From Polyangiaceae bacterium (GTDB taxonomy: Bacteria > Myxococcota_A > Polyangia > Polyangiales > Polyangiaceae): DNA of 64,000 nucleotides. Of the stretch, positions 19,572-28,012 are shown piece by piece. Location of the stretch: positions 32,001 to 96,000 of the forward strand of contig JBILLK010000032.1 of NCBI GenBank assembly GCA_044376115.1. The letters are read 5' to 3'. The stretch's first letter is position 1. Every line of letters begins with the position of its first letter. Below the pieces are notes generated by a model. The model saw nothing but the letters and a program-made list of their open reading frames with translations, did not search any database and was not told the origin of the DNA. A program made the position numbers and the translations under genes.

Positions 19572-20216
19572 ATGGTCTGGTTAGTTTCACCCAGTGAGCT
19601 GATCGAGCTCTTGCAGACGTATGGGCTCTCGCTGGTTGAGTACAAGGCAATGGTCTGTCCTGCCTACGGGATCCCACTCGGTCTGTTGGCCATGGCTCGC
19701 CACTCGGTTGCCGAGAATATCGTGCCCTTCAACCATCCCAAGTTCTCGGAAGCGGAGTACGCCGCAGCGCTGGAACAATTGATCGCGAAGGGCCTCTTGA
19801 CGTTCGCACCAGCGTTTACGAGAGAGAGCGCCCGCATGAGGGAGGAAGGTTTGGTCCGCCCGCGCTGGCTCGTTCCCGCGACGGGCTCCGTCGTGTTCAC
19901 GCCGCGGGGCTTTCAGCTCCACCAGTCCATCAAGACCAAGGTCCACGGTCCGCGGAAACTCGAGCTCACCGTAGAGCGCTCGATTGGCGGGCGATACAGT
20001 GAGGAGCTTCATGTGGTCCCCACGATGAGGGAGGCGCGGGAATGGCTAGCGGACGCGGACCATCGCGCAAGTGAACGTCGCGATCACGCAGTGGTTGTGG
20101 CCCAAATCGGCCCTGAGCGCATCGGCCGATGGAGGCATGACATGTTCACCGTCGTTCCTCGCGGATATCGAGCAAAGGTGCGCCTCCGGATTCAGGCGGA
20201 AGGTGACGCAACCTAG
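19572..20216 (+). CDS. Hypothetical protein
   Basis: 214-aa ORF filling the gap; possible winged-helix-like segment (ALEQLIAKGLL..FTPRG). Confidence 0.55.
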   Translation: MVWLVSPSELIELLQTYGLSLVEYKAMVCPAYGIPLGLLAMARHSVAENIVPFNHPKFSEAEYAAALEQLIAKGLLTFAPAFTRESARMREEGLVRPRWLVPATGSVVFTPRGFQLHQSIKTKVHGPRKLELTVERSIGGRYSEELHVVPTMREAREWLADADHRASERRDHAVVVAQIGPERIGRWRHDMFTVVPRGYRAKVRLRIQAEGDAT

Positions 20217-20433
20217 AGGCTCGACCGCGCGGCCACAGCCGCTCGACCTTGGTACTCGCGTCTTGGCGTGCCGAGCCGCTCGAGCGAAGACGTCGTGCCC
20301 TGACCCGCGTCGCGCTACACGTGACCATCCCTCGCAGTGGCACGCTGGTCTTAGCCCACCTTGGAATCGCAAGTCGGTGCCCCCTCGGGCTCGCGAGCCC
20401 ACTCCGCCAGCTCGGCGCGCTACTCTCTCCCCC

Positions 20434-21222
20434 ATGCTCGTTACACCCGCCGTCGCGTTCGTTCGCCCTCCCTCGGCGAGCTACGCGTCGTGTCTGCGCA
20501 GCGATGCGGCGCCCATCGACGTCGACGAGGCGCGGGCGCAGCACGCCGGCTACGTGCGAGCGTTGCGTGACGCGGGCGTGGAGATCGTCATGCTCTTGCC
20601 CGAGGACGAGCTGCCGGACGCGATGTTCGTCGAGGACACGGCTGTGATCGTGGGCGATCGTGCGCTCATTACCCGACCGGGTGCTCCTTCTCGGCGTGGG
20701 GAGACGAGCTCGGTGCGAGCTGCGCTTGCGACGCGCTTGGAGGTGGTCGACATGCAGCCTCCGGCGCAGCTCGACGGCGGCGATGTGCTGCGCGTCGGGG
20801 ACGCGCTGCTGGTAGGCCTGTCCCAGCGCACCAACCGTGAGGGCATCGACGCCCTGCGGGGCTTCGCCAGCGAGCTCGGCCTCTCGACCCACACCGTCGA
20901 GCTCCACGCCGGCCTGCATCTGAAGTCGGCGTGCTCCTTGGCCGACGCGAGCACCTTGCTCGTGTTTGAGGGCGCGTTTCGCCTCGGAGCTCTCCCCGCG
21001 TTGGATGTCGAGGTGCTCAAGGTCTCCGAGCCTGCGGGCGCCAATATGCTCGCGTTCGACCGCCGCGTGCTGGTCTCGGCTGCGGCCCCACGCACCGCCG
21101 AGCTCTTGGCGAACCGGGGTCTTCGGCCCATCGCGCTCGAGCTCTCGCAGATCCACGCCGGCGACGGGGCGCTCTCCTGCTTGTCCTTGCGGGTGGCGCC
21201 GCCGGGGCACTGGGTCGTTTGA
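20434..21222 (+). CDS. Dimethylargininase (DDAH) / amidinotransferase family
   Basis: PDAMFVEDT, RPGAPSRRGE, DGGDVL, HLKS, GALSCLS; TACTCT 7 nt before ATG 20434. Confidence 0.9.
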   Translation: MLVTPAVAFVRPPSASYASCLRSDAAPIDVDEARAQHAGYVRALRDAGVEIVMLLPEDELPDAMFVEDTAVIVGDRALITRPGAPSRRGETSSVRAALATRLEVVDMQPPAQLDGGDVLRVGDALLVGLSQRTNREGIDALRGFASELGLSTHTVELHAGLHLKSACSLADASTLLVFEGAFRLGALPALDVEVLKVSEPAGANMLAFDRRVLVSAAAPRTAELLANRGLRPIALELSQIHAGDGALSCLSLRVAPPGHWVV

Positions 21223-21265
21223 GCCTGAAGAACGCTCCCCGCAGCTGTTCCTGCAAAGGCCGCTG

Positions 21266-22330
21266 TCAGCGACGCGGCTTCTTTGCTGCCTTCGCCACCG
21301 ACTTCGCCACGGACTTCGCCACCACTGGCTTCTTTACCGACTTTGCCACCACTGGCTTCTTTACCGACTTTGCCTTCGACTTCGGCGTGCTCGGCTTTTT
21401 CGTCGAGAAGTTCTGCTCGAGCCAGGTCAGCAGATCGGGCGCCGCGAGCGAGCGGGCGTCGTCGTCATGGTAGACCGAGATGATCTGCCCAACCTTGCCA
21501 CCCTTCGACGGGGAGAGGTCGAGCATCTCGCCATTGCCACCGGCGTCGCTGCTGATGGGGATCCAATTTCGATTCCAGCGCTCGGCTCGAACGCCTTGGT
21601 CGGCCTCGACGTCATCATCGTCGTCGAGACTGTCCGCGACTTCTTCCCAGCTCGACCATTCTCGAGCGATGCCCTCGAGCGGGAGCAGTCGCCGATCACC
21701 AAAGATCGGAGCCAACTTCGGGCCGCCGTCGTGGGCGAGATAGAACGCGCGCGCCTCGATCGGCAGTGTGACGCCCAGCTTGGACTCGAGCGCCGCGATC
21801 GCAGCTTCGGTCGCGCCGGATGGCAGCTTGACGCCGCACTTCGAAGCGAGCGCGTCGATGCGACCGATCTGCGCGACGGTCGCCGCCGGGGTCTGCACGG
21901 GCTTAGATGACGCGACCTTCTTCGCAGCGGCCTTGCGGACGGGCGCCTCGACCTTCTTGGGCTTGGCAGGCGACGCGGCGGCCGCGACCTCGTGCGGCTC
22001 GACAGCCTGCCACTTCTGGCGCTTCGCGCGCTCCTTTAGGTCGACCATCGTCACGTTGACGACGATGGTGCGCACGGCCTTCGGCGCCACTCCTGGCGCA
22101 AAGAGACGCTGCGGTAGGCCGAGAGACTCGATCTGCGACTCCAAGGCCTCGAACACGGCGTCGCGGGTCGCCTTCAGCGCTGGCTCCCTGGGCAGCGGAA
22201 TCGCACCGAACCAGCGGCGGTCGAAATACATGCCAAGCCCACCCGACAACGAGGGGTGAAGCTTCGTCACTTCGTTGGCGAGCGGGAACACAAACGCGAA
22301 GGGCTTCGAAGAGTCCATGAGCGGCGACAT
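21266..22330 (-). CDS. SMI1/KNR4 (SUKH) family protein with N-terminal extension and Lys-rich tail
   Basis: GATEAAIAALESKLGVTLP..FYLAHDG..WIPISSDAGGN..LDL..GQII. Confidence 0.85.
   Translation of the reverse strand: MSPLMDSSKPFAFVFPLANEVTKLHPSLSGGLGMYFDRRWFGAIPLPREPALKATRDAVFEALESQIESLGLPQRLFAPGVAPKAVRTIVVNVTMVDLKERAKRQKWQAVEPHEVAAAASPAKPKKVEAPVRKAAAKKVASSKPVQTPAATVAQIGRIDALASKCGVKLPSGATEAAIAALESKLGVTLPIEARAFYLAHDGGPKLAPIFGDRRLLPLEGIAREWSSWEEVADSLDDDDDVEADQGVRAERWNRNWIPISSDAGGNGEMLDLSPSKGGKVGQIISVYHDDDARSLAAPDLLTWLEQNFSTKKPSTPKSKAKSVKKPVVAKSVKKPVVAKSVAKSVAKAAKKPRR
21318..21371 (-). repeat. Coding 27-bp tandem duplication (KSVKKPVVA x2)
   Basis: GCCACCACTGGCTTCTTTACCGACTTT occurs twice on the + strand. 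Confidence 0.9.
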
Positions 22331-22402
22331 TTATCAGGTGGGCTCGGCGCCGACCACCGCCGCGGACAGTCGCTCAAGCGACGCATCCGCTTGGCCCGCC
22401 CT

Positions 22403-23020
22403 TCAATCAACGACGCACAGGGGCGCCACGATGATGCCCGCCGTTTGCCCAGTCAGGAAGTTGAGATCGAAGCTTGCTTCCACCCAACCCCCTTCCCCGA
22501 CGCTGATGTGCTCGAACGAAACGGTGCCCGAGTCAGCGCCGAAGCCTGCGCCTTGGCACGAGGCTGGGACGTCGCCGGACCATGCACTGACGACGCCGTC
22601 GCCGATCTCGTAGCTGCCCGGTTCGAGCCCGGTAAGGTTGAGCTCGAGCCGAAAGTGCGGCTCGTTCCCGCAGTCTCCGACGGTGCTTGCTGCGCAGAAT
22701 TCGGGGACGTCGGTGACCACCACAGCGAGCTGGTCTTCGCCGTCGAAAACTCGGTGAAAGGCAACTGCCGACTGAATGGACTCCGCGAAGCTGTGGCCAT
22801 TCACGGTCAAGTCCGCGCTCAAGTCCCAGCTGGCCTCAGGCGTGCCCATCGCTCCGCCAGCGCCGCTCGCGTCCGTCCCACCCGCCGTACCTCCAGCACC
22901 TCCGACCGCTCCTTCGCCCCCCTGCGCGGGGCTTGCTCCTGAGCCGGAGGACTCGGACGCACCATCCGTGCAGCCCAGAAGAAATGCGAAGGCCGTAGCT
23001 CCAATCGAAGTTCTGATCAT
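22403..23020 (-). CDS. Hypothetical lipoprotein
   Basis: Lipobox LLGC, Gly-rich linker; TAGCGT 6 nt before ATG. Confidence 0.78.
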   Translation of the reverse strand: MIRTSIGATAFAFLLGCTDGASESSGSGASPAQGGEGAVGGAGGTAGGTDASGAGGAMGTPEASWDLSADLTVNGHSFAESIQSAVAFHRVFDGEDQLAVVVTDVPEFCAASTVGDCGNEPHFRLELNLTGLEPGSYEIGDGVVSAWSGDVPASCQGAGFGADSGTVSFEHISVGEGGWVEASFDLNFLTGQTAGIIVAPLCVVD

Positions 23021-23104
23021 GCGCGGACGCTAGAACCGCGCAGGCACTTCGGCTGCTTAATGCGACTTAATCCGCTCGCCAAGGAAGAGCCGATCAACCG
23101 CCGA

Positions 23105-23263
23105 TCTTCAAAAAGGAAGCGCCGAAGACGGAAGCTTGATGCGGGTACGCGTTGGTCCGCTCGCTGAATGACTCGTGCCAAGTCGAGGGTCCAATCGGGC
23201 CTGCGGCCGTTCTTTTTGAAGAGGGCACGAGTCATTCTTGTTGCTGCATCCGCCTTCGGCGGA
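23105..23263. other. Intergenic element with interleaved inverted repeats (candidate structured ncRNA / pseudoknot)
   Basis: 11-bp perfect IR 23105-23115/23212-23222; 14-bp perfect IR 23166-23179/23224-23237; hairpin 23249-23263. Confidence 0.45.
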
Positions 23264-23274
23264 ATGAGAGCCGC

Positions 23275-23664
23275 TCAGATCTCGAGGTCGAACGCAGCGA
23301 TGCGGTACAACAGCCGTCCCCGAAAGTCTGCGACGCTGCCGCGACAACGAGCCAAGGTCGTCCCGTCGAGCAGCGTGACCACCTCGTCGTCCCCAAAGAC
23401 GGCGCACACGACTGGTGGCCGCCCCATCATGCGCAAGACGTGAGCAGGGACCGCATCGATGGTGAGAACCTCGATCGGCAAGCCAAGCTCGACCTTACAG
23501 GACCGCCACTCTGCCTTGCTACGAACGCTGCCAGCCTCCACGTCGCGCGTGATCTGGCAGAGAACGCAGCCCTTGAGCATCAAGAGCTGCTCCTCTTCGG
23601 AGAGGCTCGTGATGCTGCTCTTGAAAGGTGTCACCATAACGAGCTTCGTGATCTTTTTCGCCAC
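23275..23664 (-). CDS. Hypothetical protein
   Basis: 129-aa ORF with a CVLC motif. Confidence 0.6.
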   Translation of the reverse strand: MAKKITKLVMVTPFKSSITSLSEEEQLLMLKGCVLCQITRDVEAGSVRSKAEWRSCKVELGLPIEVLTIDAVPAHVLRMMGRPPVVCAVFGDDEVVTLLDGTTLARCRGSVADFRGRLLYRIAAFDLEI

Positions 23665-23684
23665 GTTGCGGATACGCGGCTCAG

Positions 23685-23834
23685 CTAGGCTCGTTTCACC
23701 CAGTCCGGGTGCGAGAGCGGATCGAGCGAAGCGAGGCGGTACACACCTCGAGAGACGGTCACCACGACCCCGCCGTCACGCATCGCGTAGAGCGTCTTCC
23801 GGTTGAGATCGCGGTTCAAAATCCCTAGGCGCAT
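23685..23834 (-). pseudogene. Remnant of type IV TA AbiEi-family antitoxin (N-terminal wHTH fragment)
   Basis: Manual translation MRLGILNRDLNRKTLYAMRDGGVVVTVSRGVYRLASLDPLSHPDWVKRA*; below the ORF-track cutoff. Confidence 0.65.
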
Positions 23835-23952
23835 ACCCGCCCGCGATTGCGACCATTGCCCTCACAGTCGGGGCTACGCTGGCGGCGCTGGGTCGACGCC
23901 GAGCGCGCAGGATGAAAGGCGCAGTGCCGCCCGCGCGTGTCATTATGTCGCA

Positions 23953-24468
23953 ATGTCGAGTCGCCGATTGTTGGCTGGGTGCGCTGCTGCACTAGTGGGC
24001 TGCAGCGATGAGGTGCCGCCCGAGCTGCTCGGCACGTTCTCGTCCCGCGAAGAGATCGGAATGACCGGTCTGGGGTACTCGATGCACCTCACGAGGTTCA
24101 TGATCGCGCCGGACGGCACGGGCGTCCGAACGCGGCTCGGCTCTTGTGACACGAGCGTGCTCGAAGATCCGTTCACGTGGGAGGCTCGTGACGGCGCCGT
24201 TGTCATCACCAATCCGCGCGCGGCGCTCGGGACGGACCTTGGCGTGGACGAGGTCCGGCTCGTGCTCACCGACGAATGCACGCCTTACGGCTTCCAGCAG
24301 GTCCGGCTCGAAGAGGTGAGAGCAGGCGCGGTGGCGTCAGACACAAGGCTCACGCGCGGCAGCGTCTGCTTGGAGTCGTACTCCGATGACTCATGCCCCG
24401 AGGGAGACGAGTGCGACGACTGCAAGATTGCTTGGTGCGATGAGCCCTCGGAGCCGTGCCAAGATTAG
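23953..24468 (+). CDS. Hypothetical Cys-rich lipoprotein
   Basis: MSSRRLLAGCAAALVGC lipobox; Cys-rich C-terminus. Confidence 0.68.
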   Translation: MSSRRLLAGCAAALVGCSDEVPPELLGTFSSREEIGMTGLGYSMHLTRFMIAPDGTGVRTRLGSCDTSVLEDPFTWEARDGAVVITNPRAALGTDLGVDEVRLVLTDECTPYGFQQVRLEEVRAGAVASDTRLTRGSVCLESYSDDSCPEGDECDDCKIAWCDEPSEPCQD

Positions 24469-24614
24469 GCGCTGATGTCCACGCGAACTCGTGCCGCGAC
24501 GCCATCTTGAGCGTGTCGGCGGCGGTGCTGCGGCGACGAGGTCGAAGTGGCGCTCAAGCCGTTTGGAGGGCTCGCCGAATGACGCTCCGTACCGTCGCAC
24601 CGCCCGCTCCAACG

Positions 24615-25757
24615 TCAGAAACGCGGGTTCTTGCCAACGAAGCTGACCATCGCGCCGCCCGCGTCGGCGATGCGGCGGCAGGCACGGGCAAACATTGCGA
24701 GGCGTTCGCGTAGGAGCGCGTGGAGCGCGGCGTAGGAGATAGACTCCTCACCCTCGTCGATCGCTTGCGCGTCGAGCGCGAGCCAGTGTGGCGGGCAAGC
24801 CTCGGGTACCTCGCGCGCGTAGCCGCGCTCGAGCTCGGCGGCAAAGCGTCGCAGCCCCTCTCTCGCAGCGAAGCGGAATGGTCCGACGCGGTCGCTCGAG
24901 GGTGGGTGACGGTCGTAGGTGCGCAAGTAGTCGTCGTGGAAATTGAACGACGCGTCGAACGGGGTCTCAGGTAGATCGAGCGGCGGGAACGACCAGGCGT
25001 TGCCGTCGCGCAGCTGACGCGCGACCGGATCGGTTAGTGCGTAGGCCCCTCCGAGACCTTCGTTCACCGGGAATGGCAGCGCGATGTCACGCAACGCGTT
25101 CTCAACGAGCTCGCTTGGCGATTGCTCGAGTGCCTCATGCGGCATCTCTTCGGGCGCGAACTCAACGGGCTCGCGATCGGGCCTCGCGTGGCCGACGCCG
25201 AGGTACGGACCCAGGTCCACGTCTCCCTCGATCCCCCAACCCTCGAGCAGGTGAGCCAGCTGAATTCCCTCAATCATCACACGAGGGTTCTCGCGGTCGA
25301 TCGGCTCTTTCACGAATGAGCGCGCAAGCTCCGACATCTCGAGCCGTGCGCGCACGAATTGAAAACGCTGGCGCGAGACCAACCGACCTTCGACCACCGC
25401 AGTGCCGAGCGGCGGTAGCGCGAGCGGCGCATCCCAGCTCGCGAGTAACGCGCGTATCCGCGCAACAGTCTCCTCGTATTGGCGCGTGGGCACCACGACC
25501 GTGGCAAGCGAGCGTTCGCGCTCGCGCTTAGAGGATTGAACGAAGTCGAAGCGAGCGAGCGGCGCGAGGTCCATCGTCGATGCGTACACGCGCAAAGCAT
25601 CAATGAGCGCGTCCACGAGCTCGGGCGTCGTCTCGAACGCGAAGTGGTGCCACGCGCTGTGGGGCTCGAACGGTGGAAAGGCAACCGGGTACACGTTGGC
25701 TACCCGGCCGTTACACATTAGCGGCCCCGAGCACAAGCCGCGCAGCTCCACCGGCAT
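24615..25757 (-). CDS. Hypothetical protein
   Basis: 380-aa ORF; start uncertain. Confidence 0.65.
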   Translation of the reverse strand: MPVELRGLCSGPLMCNGRVANVYPVAFPPFEPHSAWHHFAFETTPELVDALIDALRVYASTMDLAPLARFDFVQSSKRERERSLATVVVPTRQYEETVARIRALLASWDAPLALPPLGTAVVEGRLVSRQRFQFVRARLEMSELARSFVKEPIDRENPRVMIEGIQLAHLLEGWGIEGDVDLGPYLGVGHARPDREPVEFAPEEMPHEALEQSPSELVENALRDIALPFPVNEGLGGAYALTDPVARQLRDGNAWSFPPLDLPETPFDASFNFHDDYLRTYDRHPPSSDRVGPFRFAAREGLRRFAAELERGYAREVPEACPPHWLALDAQAIDEGEESISYAALHALLRERLAMFARACRRIADAGGAMVSFVGKNPRF

Positions 25758-25803
25758 CCGTATTAACCCTTAGCCCCCGGGTGCCGCTCTTACAGACGCA
25801 CCC

Positions 25804-27327
25804 ATGTCCCTCCGAACCAAGTCGCTGCTCTACACGCTCACGAGCGTCGTAGCGCTGCTAGTCGCCTTTTCAGCCGTATTGCGTTGGGTCGTCGTTGGAG
25901 GGTTCAAAGCCAGCGAAGAGAGCTCCACCGCTCGGCGCGTCGAGGAGCTGGAGAGCCTGGTCGGCACCGTGCTCACTGAGTTCGGTCAGCGCTTCGAGGA
26001 CTGGAGCTCATGGGACGCCGTCAGCGACTTCTCAGCCACCTCCGATCCGGAGTTCGTCAAAGAGAACGTCAGCTACGACAGTCTCAAAGTCACGCTCAAC
26101 GTCCAGTTCATGGCGATCGTTCGCAGCGATGGGACGGTGGTCTTGGGAGCTTGGTGCGAGAGCGATCGGCCGGAGCTCGGGCCTTTGCCCAAGGAGCTAC
26201 AGAGCGAGGTCGTCCCCGGCGGCCTCTTAGCCAAGGGCCTCGCGGAGAGTGGGCCGGCTTACGACGGCGTACTGATGATCGCCGGGAAGCCTTACTCGGT
26301 CACCAGTCGTCCGGTCTTGCGCACCGACAAAACCAAGCCAGCCATGGCAGCGCGCTTCATCGTTGGCCGAGCGATGGACGGCGCGTGGGTGGAACGCCTC
26401 GAACGCTTCTCGTTTACCAAGCTGAGCCTCACGCCCAGTAAAGAGCAACCAGCGCCCGAATCGACCTCGACGCAAGGGCGTTCGGCGTTGGCGCAGGGAG
26501 CGCGGATCGCGATCGTCCCGCAGGAGAACGAGGTTCACGGCTTCGTCGCGCTCGCGGATCTTCGTGGCGACCCGGCGGTGGTGCTCGAGGTCACGCGACC
26601 CCGCGATCTGAGCCACCACTCCGAAGCAACGCTCAACCAATCGACGGCCACCTCCGCGATCGCAGGGCTCCTGCTCGTTGAAGCCTTGGCCTAGCGGCCA
26701 GCAGAAGGCGCGCTTTGGCGGCTGGCCGAGCACGCGGGGCGGCTCGCCAATCGGCTCAATAAGCCCGTTGCCGTTGTCGTCGAGCACGCTGGTGTTCGCA
26801 TCCCGCCAGGCCCGCTGGACGGGTTCTGCGAAGCGCTCGTGCACGTGGTCCGCAACGCGATCGATCACGGCTTCGAGTCACGCGAGGAGCGCTTGGCGGC
26901 GGGCAAATCGCCGATCGGCTCGCTGGAGCTTTTGACCCGCGTCGAAGGGCCGGAGACTCAACCGTCGCTCGTGGTGGAGATTCGAGACGATGGCGCTGGG
27001 ATCGACTTTGGTGCGGTCAGGCGCAAGGCGATCGAGCGCGGGATCCCGCTCGAGGACAACGAACGTGGGCTCAAAGAGTTGATGTTTGCCGACGGCTTCT
27101 CGACCCGCGATGACGTGACCGACACCAGCGGACGCGGAGTCGGGCTGAGCGCGCTCAAGGCCTCCTGTATCGCTGCCGGAGGAGCGTTCGAAATCGAAAG
27201 TCAGCGTGGGAAAGGCACGAGCTTCATCTTCCGCTTCACCTCTTCCGTGGTGCGCGACGTGTGGGCCCCAACCGTGCCACCACCCAAAACCAACCCTGGT
27301 TTCGTGGTTCAGGGCGCCGCGAGCTAG
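25804..27327 (+). pseudogene. CHASE4 sensor fused in-frame to a CheA-like HATPase, interrupted by TAG 26692-26694 and apparently lacking HAMP/Hpt
   Basis: DWSSWD..FVKEN CHASE4; the same frame resumes after the TAG with RLANRLNKPV..LVHVVRNAIDHG..DDGAGID..FSTRDDVTDTSGRGVGL. Confidence 0.75.
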
Positions 27328-27420
27328 CGGGCGGCTTCACTGGAGAGGACTCGCAATCTTGCGACTGGGACTCGCATCATCGCGTGCCCTCACCGCGCCA
27401 AACTGTACTAAGTCGCGGAT

Positions 27421-27984
27421 ATGAAATTCGCGCTCCCCCTCCTCACCTCGATGTTCCTCCTGCTCGGTTGCGGCGACGGTGGCGCTGGCGCCGCGAGCGG
27501 CTCGGCCGCAGCGAGCGGCAAGCCCGCCGGGTCGGCCAAGCCGGCGGCCAGCGGCACTGCCAGCGCCGCCCCGGCTGCCACCAGCGCGGCACCGGCGCCT
27601 GCGGCGACCGCCGAGCTCGAGGAGGTCAAGAATGAGAAGATGGGCTACTCGCTGATGCTGCCCAAAGGGACGAAGAACGAAGCGCCGGATGAGGCCATCA
27701 GCGGCAGCTACGTCGTTGGAAAGATCGCCGTGCTGGTCACCGTTATGGGCGTCGAGGCGAAGAGCCCAGACGATCTGCTGCGTGGCCTCGACGAGAAGGG
27801 CGCCAAAGTCGAGAAGAAGACCGATGGGGATCTCTTCACCGTCCACTTCGACAAGGGCGACGGCATCGGTAACTTCCTCGCCACCCGCAAGGGCGCCAAG
27901 TTCCTGGTCCAGTGCCTCGGCGAGGCGAAGGACCTCGAGGAAGGCAAGAAGATCTGCAGCACGCTCAAGCTGCTGAAGAAGTAG
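27421..27984 (+). CDS. Hypothetical lipoprotein
   Basis: Lipobox LLGC, Ala/Ser/Pro linker, strong codon bias. Confidence 0.82.
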   Translation: MKFALPLLTSMFLLLGCGDGGAGAASGSAAASGKPAGSAKPAASGTASAAPAATSAAPAPAATAELEEVKNEKMGYSLMLPKGTKNEAPDEAISGSYVVGKIAVLVTVMGVEAKSPDDLLRGLDEKGAKVEKKTDGDLFTVHFDKGDGIGNFLATRKGAKFLVQCLGEAKDLEEGKKICSTLKLLKK

Positions 27985-28012
27985 TCCGGCGCAAGCTCCG
28001 GCGTGTGCTCAG

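Noticed and set aside
23164..23182. Sigma54-like TTGGCACG (also 15468-15475)
   Set aside because: The -12 GC is missing at the required spacing
19584..23705. GTTTCACCCAGT 12-mer at about 19584 and 23694 as att sites
   Set aside because: Short, both copies inside coding sequence, no integrase; plausibly chance
26692..26694. Pyrrolysine or recoded TAG
   Set aside because: TAG terminates many genes here, no pyl genes, and the gene also appears internally deleted
27351..27364. Palindrome TCGCAA-TC-TTGCGA (and CTTTGG-N5-CCAAAG at 51292-51308)
   Set aside because: Single short palindromes with no assignable regulator
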